Of a stretch of DNA of 64,000 nucleotides, positions 32,828 through 42,551 are shown piece by piece. Each line of letters starts with the position of its first letter. Position 1 is the first letter of the stretch. The notes beneath the pieces are model-generated. The model searched no databases, was not told where the DNA came from, and saw only the letters and a program-made list of their open reading frames with translations. Both the position numbers and the translations under genes were made by a program. Source of the DNA: Bacteroidota bacterium (lineage in GTDB: Bacteria; Bacteroidota; Bacteroidia; Bacteroidales; FEN-979); contig JAPLDI010000004.1 of NCBI GenBank assembly GCA_026391795.1, positions 26,068 through 90,067 of the forward strand, read 5' to 3'.

Positions 32828-32904
32828 CATCTCACATCTCCCATCTCACATCTCCCATCTCACATCTCACATCTCACATCTCACATCTCACATCTCACAT
32901 CTCA
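32828..32904. repeat. Heptamer array CATCTC(A/C), 11 units (F8); the last unit supplies a stop codon
   Basis: Perfect 7-nt phase with no G on the + strand. The last three bases TCA (32902-32904) are the TGA of the - strand T9SS gene. Confidence 0.95.
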
Positions 32905-35634
32905 TTTTTTTATAAACTTCTCCGTCCTCTGCTTTCTTCCATCCAAATAAATGCTGACAAAATAAACTCCCGGGGCAAGGCCGGAAACATTCATTTTTTC
33001 TGTCATTGTGCCACTGGTCTTTCCGTTGCTCTCTTCCAGTATGACTTTTCCTGACGGATCATAAATCCTGAAGAGGATGTTCCCTGTTTCATTGGTCAGG
33101 AAAGAAAGATTCAGTGTTTCCCCAACCGGGTTCGGGTACATCCGGAAGGCCTGGAGCTGATAGTTTTCAACAGAAGTTTCAACATCCCATTGTGCGGTGA
33201 AAAGACCTCTTCCATGAGTGGCCGCAATTACCGTGTTATCAACGGTCCGCAGGTTCAGCTGATCCACCCTCACGTTGGCCATTCCAGTCACATCCGGTGT
33301 CCAGACGACCGGCGAGGCATTGATGTTTATTGTTGTCCAGATGCCTGTCTCGGTGGCAAGCATGACCTGCCGTGAGTTCTGGGGATGAAAGAGACCCCAC
33401 CGCACGGGCATGTCGGGAAGGTTGCCTTCGCAATTGGTCCAGTTCAGCCCTCCGTCATACGTCAGGAATACAGAGGCCACTCCGTAATTTGAAAAAGTCA
33501 CCAGAAGGGTGTCTTCTGATTTTCCGATAGCGACCGAAGAGATGTTTCCGACCGGGAAGGAGGATCCGGTGATCTCCGTGGTAGATGGTGTGAACGCTGC
33601 ATTTGTAACCCTGAACAGCCTTCCCGACTGCGTTCCCAGGAAGAGGTTGGCATTCCCAACAGGTGAATAGGGTGACCACCTAACGGCAGAGAAATAGGTT
33701 TGTACGGTTGTCCCCAGGGATATAAATTCCCCGTAACCGGTACCGGTCACATCCGACAACCTCAAATAAGTATCAACCATGTTCCCGATAAAATCACAGG
33801 CGTTGGCATAGATCACCTTGCTGCGGTAATCATAGTCGGCAGGATTGACAAAAATCCCGCTCTGCCAGTTGCTCAGGTAACCTGAGTTCGTTCCGTTGAT
33901 CTGAACATAATAGTTATTGTAATAAATGGAACTGATGGAATAATAGGTGTCATTCCGGTCGAAAAAGCAAATGGCTCCGTCGCCGCCGCTAACCATATCG
34001 TTGATGGTAACCGGGGGGTTATAATAATAGAGGCTTCCGTTGTCCTGCAACCCGCCAATCAGTTCTGTGGATCCTGCTTCGTTTTTCAGGTCAGCTGAAT
34101 AAAACTGCAGGGTGTTGTAATCGAGGTTTCGTTGTTCAAAAGTTGGCATGTTGTTATTGGCGGTAGCGGTATAGAATATGCCTCCGTCGGTTCCCAGCAG
34201 CATCTCTGTTGAGGAGCCTGGTTTGTAAACCATGATGTGCTGATCGGCATGAAGATATTCCGACCCGCCGCCACTGTACATCAGCGACCAGTCGCTGACA
34301 CGGGTCCAGTAAGTGCCCCCGTTGCTCGATTTGTGCACATCCAGCCCTCCGATAAACAAGACATCCGGAGCATTCGGATCCACAGCAATGTCGAGTGCAT
34401 GCCATGCAAGGTACGCGAAACTCAACTGCCCCTGGATATCGGTCGGCAGGCTCTTTTTCGTCCAGGTCACTCCCTTATCCCCGGAACGGAGAATGTTAAA
34501 GCAATAATAATATTTGAAGTTATTGACCGAACTGATCAGCCCTGAAGCTACCAGGGCATACACCACATTCGCATCTGACTGGGCACATCCAAAGACCACA
34601 CGGCCGGGGATGTTGTACTGCGGATCCGCAAGGATCTGGTTGCGGTAGGTCTGATTTACATTCCATGATCCGGGCAACCCGGTATCGGAATAGAGTAATA
34701 CCGCACCCCCGTTCCCATCCAGGTTCGGCATCGTGCCGACGAATATTCTTCCATCTGCACCCAGAACCAGGTCGGAGGGGGAATAGGGAACGCTGAACCC
34801 TGCGATGTTTGGCAAAACCTGCGTCCAGGATGTTCCTCCGTCGGTTGAACGGAAAAGCCCGTCGGACGGCTGGCTGTTTTGGGTTCCATGATATAACCCT
34901 GAAATCACAGCAGCATAGATTACGCTGTTGCCGCCTTCGTTCCGCACAACAATCTTTGGGGTATAAACAAAACCGGTGGTGGAGTTCAGCCGGTTCCAGC
35001 TTACGCCGCCATCGGTTGATTTCCAGATTCCGTCACCCAGCCCTGAAGATTCCCGGTAGGTCTGTATGGCGGTTTCGCCTTCGCCGGTCCCGATGTAAAA
35101 GACAGAGGGGTTATTCGGGTCATAGGTGATGCAACGGACGGCCAGCGTCGGCCAGAAGTCGCCAACCGGAACCCACGACTGGTTCGGATTCGTGATATCG
35201 GTGTTGTACCAGAGCCCGCCTGTCACTCCCCCGGCCCAGACCTTGTGGGATGTCGGGTCATTGGGGTCGTACATGATCGCGCGTGTGCGGCCACCCATGT
35301 TTGAAGAATAGCCGGTCCAGGTAAGAGTGGTTGCTGAACTTTTTTGTTTCTGGAGGCTTCGCGTTGCAAGGGTTGCATCGTAAAGACGGTCGCGCGGAAC
35401 GGTTCCCGTGGCGGGATCAACCGTCATGAAATAATCCTGTATGGCAGCCATGTCGGGCTGATCCGCCGCTGCTTCGTTCTTTTCATTCGGGGCAGACTTG
35501 GGCAATTTGCGGTATTCCTGTTTCATGAAAGATTCGAATTTTGCCCGCTGAAATGTTTTCGAATGCTTGTATGCCACTACGAGCATTGAAATCGCAAGGA
35601 ATACCATCAGGGAGGGAAGGATGATTTTTTTCAT
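32902..35634 (-). CDS. T9SS-secreted multi-BNR/sortilin-like (VPS10/GH74-like) propeller protein
   Basis: Asp-boxes STDGGVSWN, STDGGTSWTQ, SGDKGVTWTK, SSNGGTYWTR and TYDGGLNWTN. Sorting domain MYPNPVGETLNLSF...GVYFVSIYLDGRKQRTEKFIKK. Start is placed at MKKIILPSLMVFLAISML (35634); the GTG 35751 extension is rejected. Confidence 0.75.
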   Translation of the reverse strand: MKKIILPSLMVFLAISMLVVAYKHSKTFQRAKFESFMKQEYRKLPKSAPNEKNEAAADQPDMAAIQDYFMTVDPATGTVPRDRLYDATLATRSLQKQKSSATTLTWTGYSSNMGGRTRAIMYDPNDPTSHKVWAGGVTGGLWYNTDITNPNQSWVPVGDFWPTLAVRCITYDPNNPSVFYIGTGEGETAIQTYRESSGLGDGIWKSTDGGVSWNRLNSTTGFVYTPKIVVRNEGGNSVIYAAVISGLYHGTQNSQPSDGLFRSTDGGTSWTQVLPNIAGFSVPYSPSDLVLGADGRIFVGTMPNLDGNGGAVLLYSDTGLPGSWNVNQTYRNQILADPQYNIPGRVVFGCAQSDANVVYALVASGLISSVNNFKYYYCFNILRSGDKGVTWTKKSLPTDIQGQLSFAYLAWHALDIAVDPNAPDVLFIGGLDVHKSSNGGTYWTRVSDWSLMYSGGGSEYLHADQHIMVYKPGSSTEMLLGTDGGIFYTATANNNMPTFEQRNLDYNTLQFYSADLKNEAGSTELIGGLQDNGSLYYYNPPVTINDMVSGGDGAICFFDRNDTYYSISSIYYNNYYVQINGTNSGYLSNWQSGIFVNPADYDYRSKVIYANACDFIGNMVDTYLRLSDVTGTGYGEFISLGTTVQTYFSAVRWSPYSPVGNANLFLGTQSGRLFRVTNAAFTPSTTEITGSSFPVGNISSVAIGKSEDTLLVTFSNYGVASVFLTYDGGLNWTNCEGNLPDMPVRWGLFHPQNSRQVMLATETGIWTTININASPVVWTPDVTGMANVRVDQLNLRTVDNTVIAATHGRGLFTAQWDVETSVENYQLQAFRMYPNPVGETLNLSFLTNETGNILFRIYDPSGKVILEESNGKTSGTMTEKMNVSGLAPGVYFVSIYLDGRKQRTEKFIKK

Positions 35635-35680
35635 GGAACCGGGATTAAATGGAATGGATGAAGTTAGATTGTTCGTATTA

Positions 35681-35688
35681 CAAAGATA
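35681..35688 (-). promoter_or_regulatory. Candidate -7 promoter box (TAnnTTTG) on the - strand
   Basis: The reverse complement reads TATCTTTG, 47 nt upstream of ATG 35634. Confidence 0.5.
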
Positions 35689-35748
35689 ACATAAACACAA
35701 ATGATCTTTACTTGATTTTACATGGCGGTTATCTGCCATTCCTTTTTT

Positions 35749-35839
35749 CACTTCTCACTTCTCACCTCTCACTTCTCACTTCTCACCTCTCACTTCTCAC
35801 TTCTCACCTCTCACTTCTCACCTCTCACCTCTCACTTTT
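35749..35839. repeat. Heptamer array CAC(T/C)TCT, 12 units plus 1 degenerate (F9), overlapping the truB stop
   Basis: Unit variants run T T C T T C T T C T C C, a 21-nt super-period for 3 rounds. No G on the + strand. The truB codons EKSER* are array units. Confidence 0.95.
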
Positions 35840-36553
35840 TTCTATCAGTGCCGATTTAAGGTCCTCAACATCATAGGCATCACGAAGGGAATAGGGCCCG
35901 ATGCGGGTACGACAGAGCGCACTGAGGTGTGCACCGGTATTGAGGGCCAGGCCGAGATCACGCGCCAGTGCCCGGATGTACGTCCCCTTGCTGCAGGCAA
36001 CGCGGAAATGGACCTGCGGCAGGTTCAGCTCCTGCACCTCAAAAGCGGAAATGGTGATGTTTTTGGGAACCATGATCACCTCCTGGTCCTTCCGGGCATA
36101 ATCGTACGCCCTCTTCCCCTTGATCTTCTTTGCGGAAAAAACCGGGGGAAGCTGGTCGTAGTTTCCGGTGAGCTTTTCCACTGCAACCTGTATCTCTTCT
36201 TTGGTGATATGCTCCCAGGGATAGTGAAAATCAATCTCTTTTTCCAGGTCGAACGATGCCGTGGTTGAACCCAGGACAAAAGTCCCGGTATATTCCTTGT
36301 CAAACTCCTTGAACTCTTCAATCCGTTTGGTCATCCTGCCGGTGCAGAGGATCAGCAGTCCGCTTGCCAGCGGGTCAAGGGTGCCGGCGTGACCGATCTT
36401 GATTTTTTTAAGTCCAAGCTGTTTACGGATGTAGTTCCGAACGAGGTTCACCACATCAAACGAGGTCCATTTGTATGGCTTGTTCACCAGGAGGATCTCT
36501 CCCTTTTCGAAATCAAATTTCAGCTTCCCGGGTTCCTGTGTTTCTAAGTCCAT
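35825..36553 (-). CDS. truB: tRNA pseudouridine(55) synthase
   Basis: [14 protein letters not shown] catalytic-Asp motif. 242 aa. Confidence 0.9.
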   Translation of the reverse strand: MDLETQEPGKLKFDFEKGEILLVNKPYKWTSFDVVNLVRNYIRKQLGLKKIKIGHAGTLDPLASGLLILCTGRMTKRIEEFKEFDKEYTGTFVLGSTTASFDLEKEIDFHYPWEHITKEEIQVAVEKLTGNYDQLPPVFSAKKIKGKRAYDYARKDQEVIMVPKNITISAFEVQELNLPQVHFRVACSKGTYIRALARDLGLALNTGAHLSALCRTRIGPYSLRDAYDVEDLKSALIEKSER

Positions 36554-36566
36554 CTTTTCGTCTCTT

Positions 36567-36592
36567 CCTTTGAGTGCCTTTGCGGTTAAAAA
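36567..36592. repeat. CTTTGCGGTTAA-family module (F3)
   Basis: CCTTTGAGTGCCTTTGCGGTTAAAAA. Confidence 0.85.
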
Positions 36593-36625
36593 TTTTTACC
36601 ACAATGTCAACTCATAGCTATAAAT

Positions 36626-36767
36626 AGTTCTCGCAGATTTTCGCAGATGATACGCTGATTCACGCAGAAAACCTTATGATTGTAAATCCCGGATTTTACC
36701 ATTTAATACAGAAACCTCCTTTTATCTGCGAAAATTTGCGGTAAATCTGCGAAAATCTGCGAGAACT
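36626..36767. repeat. Palindromic CGCAGAT-family element (F4) with 23-bp perfect terminal inverted repeats
   Basis: AGTTCTCGCAGATTTTCGCAGAT (36626-36648) is the exact reverse complement of ATCTGCGAAAATCTGCGAGAACT (36745-36767). Additional F4 units flank the arms on the inside. Confidence 0.9.
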
Positions 36768-36787
36768 TTTTTTCTGCGAGATATTTT

Positions 36788-37567
36788 TTATTGCTCGGTC
36801 AACCCTTTTCCGAAGATAATAAGAAGAAGGATGGCCAGCCCAACAACGATCCTGTAATAGCCGAAAACCCTGAATCCGTATTTTGTGAGGTAGGCAATAA
36901 ATGCCTTGATGGCGATCATCGCTACGATGAAGGAAATCACGTTGCCAACCAGTAACAGTTCAAGGTGATCACCTTTTATCAGCGTATAATTCTTGGCCAG
37001 CTTCAGCACCGAGGCGGCAAACATCGTTGGAACAGCAAGGAAAAATGAAAATTCTGCAGCTTTTGTCCTTGAGAGTTTCTGCGTCATCCCCCCGACAATC
37101 GTGGCAGCCGATCGTGAAACTCCGGGGATGATGGAGATGATCTGGAAAAAACCGATGATCAGTGCTTTTTTGAAGGTCATACCGGTTTTTTCATTTTCAG
37201 GACGGTCGAACCACTGATCGACAAACAGGAGCAGGATTCCTCCAACCAGCAATGAAACCGCCACGATCAAAACGCTTCCAAGCATCTCGTCCACCTGCTT
37301 TTGAAGAAAATAGGCGATAACCAGCGGAAGACACGCAACAGCCAGCTTGAAATAAAAATCCCAGGATTGGAAAAACCGTTTCCAGTAAAGTACGATAACC
37401 GAGAGTATGGCCCCGAATTGGATGTTCACCGTAAATGCCTTGACAAAATCATCAGAGGGTATGCCCATGATGCTTTGGGCTAAGATCATGTGCCCGGTGG
37501 AGGAGATCGGCAGGAACTCGGTTATTCCTTCAACGATGGCAAGGATGATGGCCTGAAGGAGCGACAT
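36788..37567 (-). CDS. uppP: Undecaprenyl-diphosphate phosphatase
   Basis: [14 protein letters not shown] and the [10 protein letters not shown] motif. 8 TM helices. Confidence 0.9.
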   Translation of the reverse strand: MSLLQAIILAIVEGITEFLPISSTGHMILAQSIMGIPSDDFVKAFTVNIQFGAILSVIVLYWKRFFQSWDFYFKLAVACLPLVIAYFLQKQVDEMLGSVLIVAVSLLVGGILLLFVDQWFDRPENEKTGMTFKKALIIGFFQIISIIPGVSRSAATIVGGMTQKLSRTKAAEFSFFLAVPTMFAASVLKLAKNYTLIKGDHLELLLVGNVISFIVAMIAIKAFIAYLTKYGFRVFGYYRIVVGLAILLLIIFGKGLTEQ

Positions 37568-37568
37568 G

Positions 37569-37889
37569 TCAGTCCTTCGGTTTCTTCATGATGGCGAAGA
37601 TCTCGATCACATAGCCGATCAGCACCAGGATCGGAGCCAGGGTGATGTGCTGGAAATTGAAGATCGCCGGGTTGAACACCTTGGGATCATTTGAACCACC
37701 GCCGATCATAAGGATGAAACCCAGCACGATGAAGGCAAGACCGATAAAAAGCAATCGGAAATTTTCTTTCCCGAAGGCAAATTCCCCTGTCTTGACGGGG
37801 ATCGGAGGTGCCGTATGAGGTTTGGCGGCAGGAGCGGAAGGTTTACCCGGTGCTGCTTTTTTTATGTTCTTTTCCATGTTGCGATTCAA
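37569..37889 (-). CDS. DUF3098-family small membrane protein
   Basis: Two TM helices ([21 protein letters not shown] and [17 protein letters not shown]). It sits in the conserved position between ftsX and uppP, as I recall for Bacteroidota. Confidence 0.7.
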   Translation of the reverse strand: MNRNMEKNIKKAAPGKPSAPAAKPHTAPPIPVKTGEFAFGKENFRLLFIGLAFIVLGFILMIGGGSNDPKVFNPAIFNFQHITLAPILVLIGYVIEIFAIMKKPKD

Positions 37890-37920
37890 ATTCGGTTCAA
37901 AATTACATGATTTTTTTCAA

Positions 37921-38799
37921 TCAGGTGTATAATTCATCGGTTTTCATGCGCAGGTACCGCCTCACCGACAGCCAGGTGGATAACCACGAAATCAGGATGC
38001 CCAGCAAAAGAACGGTGATGATAAGTGCGATGTAAAGCTTCAGGTCGACCATTTGTATCAGCTCGGGGATCTCCTGGAAAAGGAAATACATGACCACCAT
38101 CAGCAGCCCGATGGCCACGACGGCGCCGACCAGTCCGTCGATGATCCCGTTGCGGATGAAAGGCCTGCGGATAAAACCGCGTGTGGCACCGACCAGCTGC
38201 ATCGTACGGATCACAAAACGCCGCGAATAAACCGAAAGCCGGATGGTGTTGTTGATCAGGGCGATGGCGATGATCATAAGAACAGTGGTAAAACCGAGGA
38301 TGATCAGGCTGATGCGCTCCATGTTCTGGTTGACCATCTCCAGCAGGTCCTTCTGATAAAATACCTCTTTCACCTCAGGGTTGGAAAGCAGTCTCTTTTC
38401 GATCCTGCTCACACTCTCAAGGCTCGCATATTCTGCCTTTAAACGGAGATCGATGGTGGGCAGCAGCGGATTATAGCCAAGGAACCCGATGAAATCTTCT
38501 CCCAGCTCCTTTTTCAGCTGAAGGGCGGCTTTGTCTTTCGGGATGTATTCGGTTGATTTTACGTACTCCTCCGTATCGAGTTTTTTCAGGAGGGCCATGA
38601 TGCCGGCCTCCTTTATCCCTTCCTTGATCATGATGGAAAATCCGATGTTCTCCTTGGCATAATCAGAGAGTTTTTTGGTATGGAGAAGCAGCAACCCCAA
38701 CAACCCCAGCATGAACAGCACAAGGGTAATGCTGACGACAGTCGAAAAATGCGATGTCCGGATCTTGCGGTTGTAGTACTTGTCTTCCTGTCGGGCCAT
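37921..38799 (-). CDS. ftsX: Cell division protein FtsX (permease-like)
   Basis: 292 aa. One N-terminal TM helix, a periplasmic domain, then 3 C-terminal TM helices with MQLVGATRGFIRRPF. Confidence 0.85.
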   Translation of the reverse strand: MARQEDKYYNRKIRTSHFSTVVSITLVLFMLGLLGLLLLHTKKLSDYAKENIGFSIMIKEGIKEAGIMALLKKLDTEEYVKSTEYIPKDKAALQLKKELGEDFIGFLGYNPLLPTIDLRLKAEYASLESVSRIEKRLLSNPEVKEVFYQKDLLEMVNQNMERISLIILGFTTVLMIIAIALINNTIRLSVYSRRFVIRTMQLVGATRGFIRRPFIRNGIIDGLVGAVVAIGLLMVVMYFLFQEIPELIQMVDLKLYIALIITVLLLGILISWLSTWLSVRRYLRMKTDELYT

Positions 38800-38839
38800 G
38801 AGTTGGTAACTTGAGGCGAAATTAGCAGAAAAAATTCAA

Positions 38840-40573
38840 TCATTTTTTCTTTTGGGCCTTTTTCATCTCCTTTTGTTCTTTTTTATTGATTCCGATCGTT
38901 GACTTTATCCCGCTGAATGCACTCTTCCAGAGAAAATTGAAGATGCTCTTGTGTTTGTCACGCTCAAAGTAGATCATTCCCTTTGTAAACTTTCCGCTGG
39001 CAGTGGGATTTTCATTTTTAACATACGTATTCGCAACAAAGGTGATGGCTCCCGCCTTGATCTTGCTCCAGGTATCTTCAGGCACTCCCTTCATCTCCAG
39101 CTGCAGGCCTTTGTAAGAAAAATTCATTGTCCCGGTTGATTTGTCATTATCCGCATATACGTAAGGGATGACCAGCTGTATAACGGTGCCGCCGTTGATC
39201 TTTGCAGGAACCAGGTTTGTCAGCATCGGGTTTATGGAATTCAGCTCCATTGCACCCAGGGTTGCGGAAAAGGAAAAGGCGTCATTTTTCTCCCCCAGGG
39301 GTATTTTCAGGTTCACGCGCAACAACCCCTTTCCCATCAGGTACATGGATGCATTCACCGCCATGACTGTCTTCTTCAGGACAAGGGAAGAGTCGTTGGT
39401 GACATTCAGAACCGTCACCTTCATCTTATCGAAAAACATCGATCCGGGTTTTTCACCCACCTGTTCTGAATAGATCACCTTTCCATCGACCAGTGTTACG
39501 CTGTCGATCTTGATGTACATTTTTGACCTCAGCAATGCCTGTTGCGGCAGAGGTGGCATAAAATTCGGCCGTAACGGGGTTCTCTTATCCCTGTAATCGT
39601 CGAAAACCAGCCCTTCTGCCCGGATCTGTCCTGCAATGAATTTGAGGTTGAGGATCAGGGCCCGGTAATCGATATTTGTTATATCTATCTTTCTCACCGA
39701 GATCTCCATCCGGTCCATCTGGTATCCCAGTTTCTTGCTGAAACCGGCTTTTGAATAATTCGGGATCAGTTCAAAATCCCTGACCCAGAAGGAGGAAGAT
39801 CCCGTGGAAAGTCCGATCTCCCCGGGAACTACAGTATACATACTATCTTTTGTATTCATCTTCATCCCCTTCAGCACGACCCGGATATCATCCGTGTTGA
39901 AGATTCTTTTCTTTCCTGTGTGCGTGGAATCCACCTGGATATTTTTAAGGCTGACATTCAGGGAGGGAATCGAAAATTTTTCAGCCGGGGAGACCGTCCT
40001 GTTGTCAAACAACAACTTCCCGTCCTTTAAAACGATTTCAAGAATATGCAATGAATTCAATGCCTTTGGCAATGGAATGGAAAGTTGTTTTTGGGGGGAT
40101 TCCTTTTTCTCCTTTTTCTCCGAAGGCCGTCTCACCGTCAGGGTAACCTCGGGGTTCTCGATCAGGATTTTCCGGATGACAAGATCCCGGTCCTTTGCCA
40201 GTTTATAGAAATCAATTCCCTGGACCTGGAATTTGGCAATATTAATGGCAATCAGCATCGGCGAGAGGGTGTCTTTTTCCTGCTGCCTGTTGTACAACGC
40301 CGTATCCGGTATCAGCTGAAACCCGCTCACGTAGACTCTTCCCGTGACCAGGTTGAAATAAAGATTTTTCATCTTCACGTGGTAAAGCCCCTTGCTTCCC
40401 TTTTCAACTGCTGATATCAAAGATTCCCTTACAATGCGTGTACCGTAGTAATAGCTGATCAGGGCAGCCGATCCTGCGATCACGATCAGGACGATCAGGA
40501 CCCACAGAAAAATCTTTCTGATTTTGCGAAAAACCGATTTCTTTCCGGAGCGGGTGTTTTTTGTCTTTTTCAT
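38840..40573 (-). CDS. Hypothetical N-terminally anchored envelope protein (AsmA/DUF748-like, weak)
   Basis: 577 aa. A basic N-terminus and one TM helix (IFLWVLIVLIVIAGSAALI) are followed by a long beta-rich body. It lies upstream of ftsX on the same strand. Confidence 0.5.
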   Translation of the reverse strand: MKKTKNTRSGKKSVFRKIRKIFLWVLIVLIVIAGSAALISYYYGTRIVRESLISAVEKGSKGLYHVKMKNLYFNLVTGRVYVSGFQLIPDTALYNRQQEKDTLSPMLIAINIAKFQVQGIDFYKLAKDRDLVIRKILIENPEVTLTVRRPSEKKEKKESPQKQLSIPLPKALNSLHILEIVLKDGKLLFDNRTVSPAEKFSIPSLNVSLKNIQVDSTHTGKKRIFNTDDIRVVLKGMKMNTKDSMYTVVPGEIGLSTGSSSFWVRDFELIPNYSKAGFSKKLGYQMDRMEISVRKIDITNIDYRALILNLKFIAGQIRAEGLVFDDYRDKRTPLRPNFMPPLPQQALLRSKMYIKIDSVTLVDGKVIYSEQVGEKPGSMFFDKMKVTVLNVTNDSSLVLKKTVMAVNASMYLMGKGLLRVNLKIPLGEKNDAFSFSATLGAMELNSINPMLTNLVPAKINGGTVIQLVIPYVYADNDKSTGTMNFSYKGLQLEMKGVPEDTWSKIKAGAITFVANTYVKNENPTASGKFTKGMIYFERDKHKSIFNFLWKSAFSGIKSTIGINKKEQKEMKKAQKKK

Positions 40574-40746
40574 CTTGTTACGGATTTAAATAAAGATGAG
40601 TTTCAAACTGGAAATACATTCAATGGCAACCTGAATACGAAAGTAGCAGGATGAGCGAAAATAAGAATTTTTAAGATATGTCCGTTTGCATCCGGAAGAA
40701 CATTCTGTGGGTTTCATTTACCCACTGCCTGCCTTTGGCAGGGGGT

Positions 40747-42168
40747 TTAACGGGTTTTCTCTTTTGCCCTGGGTTCGCCTGCATCGGGCGGACAGGGCTG
40801 AAGGTAATCATCCATCCTGGCTAGCGGGGAAAGGGCCTGCTTCAGGGATTCCGTGGGCCGGAACCAGAACACGAGGGTGTCTGTCCTTTTCAGCATTTTC
40901 AGGTCGGCCATGTTGATCTGAACCGGCAGAAGGGTCTTCCCTGCAATTTCTTCTTTTGGCGATAATCCCAGCGTCCAGTTCCCCCTGATCCATGCTACCA
41001 CCATCGGGGAAAAGTCATACTTTGTGGTTGCCTGGCTTTTCAGGATCTTTTCGGGAGCCGAACGACCGTTGATTTTTTCACCCGGCCGGAGGATGATGCT
41101 GGCGCTGTAGGTCTTGTCGGTAAAATAGAGGCAAACCGTGCCGTAATCAGGATTGCCGGGCCGCCTGTTTTTATAGAACAATCCGGTTGAATTCATTTCA
41201 AAGCCAAGCAGTTTTAACTGCTCCACCGGGAGAACGAGGTATTTTTTGCCGGTCTTATTCTGTACCGCCGGTTTTGCCGGTATGAGTTCTTTCTGGGCGA
41301 AAACGGTCAGCATGAGCGCAATGAGCGGAAGAAACAACAGGGACTTCAGGATTGCGGGGGGTCTGGAAATTGTTTTGTTCATCATGGTTATCCGGGTCTT
41401 AATGTTGCTTTGATTGAATTGATTAGCGAGTTTGTAACGAAATGCCCCCGCTGCAGCTTTTACAAGCATCAGCTGGTAGTCCGACTCATCAACGCCCTCC
41501 CGGAGAACATTCCGGTCAGCTTCAAATTCATGGTTTTGCTTCATCTCATGCCGCATCAGCCATGAAAAAGGATTGTACCATGTCATCACGAGGTACAGTT
41601 CCATCAGCAGCAGGTCGAGGCTGTGACCCTTTTCAAGGTGTGTTTTTTCATGCAGGATTATTTGGCTGCCTTTCTCCCTGAAGTCCTTTTCCGAGATCAG
41701 GATCGTCCACCCGATGCAGAGGGGGACAACGTCTGACGGAAGAACGGCTATACGGATGCCCCGCCAGGTTGTTTTTCCTGACTTCCCGAGAAGAAACAGG
41801 ATCCGCCCAAGTGAAACCAGGATAAGCAGAATCTGCAGCAAGGCTCCGGCAAGGTATACCAGGCGGAACAGGTCAACCGCCTGTTTTTCCTGCCTTACAA
41901 CGGTTTTTTGCACCACGGTCTGTTCAGGAACGGCTACCGGAACCGGTTTAACAAGGATGGATTCCAGCCTGCGCACAGGATAGGTCATGCCGGCCGGTCC
42001 TCTGTTGAATTTCAGCAACGGGATTCCAAGGGAGATAACAATAATTCCAAGGATGATAAACCGTTTGAACTGGTGAAAGGTCTCCCCCTTCAGCAGGAAA
42101 TAATAGAAGAGGAAACCCGCGGAAAGGCAAAGAGAGGATTTCAGGGTATAAAAGATAAAGGTGTACAT
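40747..42168 (-). CDS. BlaR1-like M56-family membrane metalloprotease / signal transducer
   Basis: Four N-terminal TM helices. HExxH in ILHEKTHLEKGH. It overlaps the upstream blaI-like gene by 1 nt. The C-terminal domain is of unknown type. Confidence 0.75.
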   Translation of the reverse strand: MYTFIFYTLKSSLCLSAGFLFYYFLLKGETFHQFKRFIILGIIVISLGIPLLKFNRGPAGMTYPVRRLESILVKPVPVAVPEQTVVQKTVVRQEKQAVDLFRLVYLAGALLQILLILVSLGRILFLLGKSGKTTWRGIRIAVLPSDVVPLCIGWTILISEKDFREKGSQIILHEKTHLEKGHSLDLLLMELYLVMTWYNPFSWLMRHEMKQNHEFEADRNVLREGVDESDYQLMLVKAAAGAFRYKLANQFNQSNIKTRITMMNKTISRPPAILKSLLFLPLIALMLTVFAQKELIPAKPAVQNKTGKKYLVLPVEQLKLLGFEMNSTGLFYKNRRPGNPDYGTVCLYFTDKTYSASIILRPGEKINGRSAPEKILKSQATTKYDFSPMVVAWIRGNWTLGLSPKEEIAGKTLLPVQINMADLKMLKRTDTLVFWFRPTESLKQALSPLARMDDYLQPCPPDAGEPRAKEKTR

Positions 42169-42545
42169 TATTTGCTGTTTTTACGTTTTTTTTCAATTTC
42201 ACGGATCAGCTCTTTCAGCTCTTCCAGGGAAAGGTTCTCCTCTTCGATCAGGGCCGAAATTACCCGCTTGTAGGAATTCCCGAAGTACTTTTTTACCATG
42301 TTCCGCAGGTTTTTCCGGTTGTACTCTTCCTTCGAAACCAGCGGATAATACTGGTAGGTGTTTCCGAACGGACGGTATCCCAGGAATCCTTTCTCCTCCA
42401 GGGCCCTCACCATCGTGGAAACGGTGTTGTAATGGGGCTTTGGCTCCGGATAAAATTCAAGGATCTGCTTTACGAACAATTCATTCTCCTTCCAGAAAAA
42501 GTTCATGATCTCTTCTTCCTTCACCGTAATCTTTTTCATCATCAA
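42168..42545 (-). CDS. BlaI/MecI/CopY-family transcriptional repressor
   Basis: 125 aa. Winged-helix pattern EEEIMNFFW...VKQILEFYPEPKPHYNTVSTMVRALEEKGFLGY. Confidence 0.8.
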   Translation of the reverse strand: MMMKKITVKEEEIMNFFWKENELFVKQILEFYPEPKPHYNTVSTMVRALEEKGFLGYRPFGNTYQYYPLVSKEEYNRKNLRNMVKKYFGNSYKRVISALIEEENLSLEELKELIREIEKKRKNSK

Positions 42546-42551
42546 TTTTTT

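Noticed and set aside
32642-33054. ORFs 32642-32830 (-) and 32671-33054 (+), translating as PASSIQHPASSIQ... and DAGYWILDAGCW...HLTSHISHLTSH...
   Set aside because: They are simply read-through of the two heptamer arrays. There is no independent start context or promoter, and one overlaps the end of a well-supported T9SS gene.
32683-35839. Whether the regular arrays at 32683-32904 and 35749-35839 could be CRISPR arrays.
   Set aside because: The period is 7 nt with no unique spacers, and no cas genes or leader are present. They are tandem heptamers, not CRISPR.
40728-40742. Hairpin CCTGCC-TTT-GGCAGG just after the BlaR1-like stop, as a possible terminator.
   Set aside because: The stem is only 6 bp, with no U-run on the sense (-) strand. 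That is too weak to annotate.
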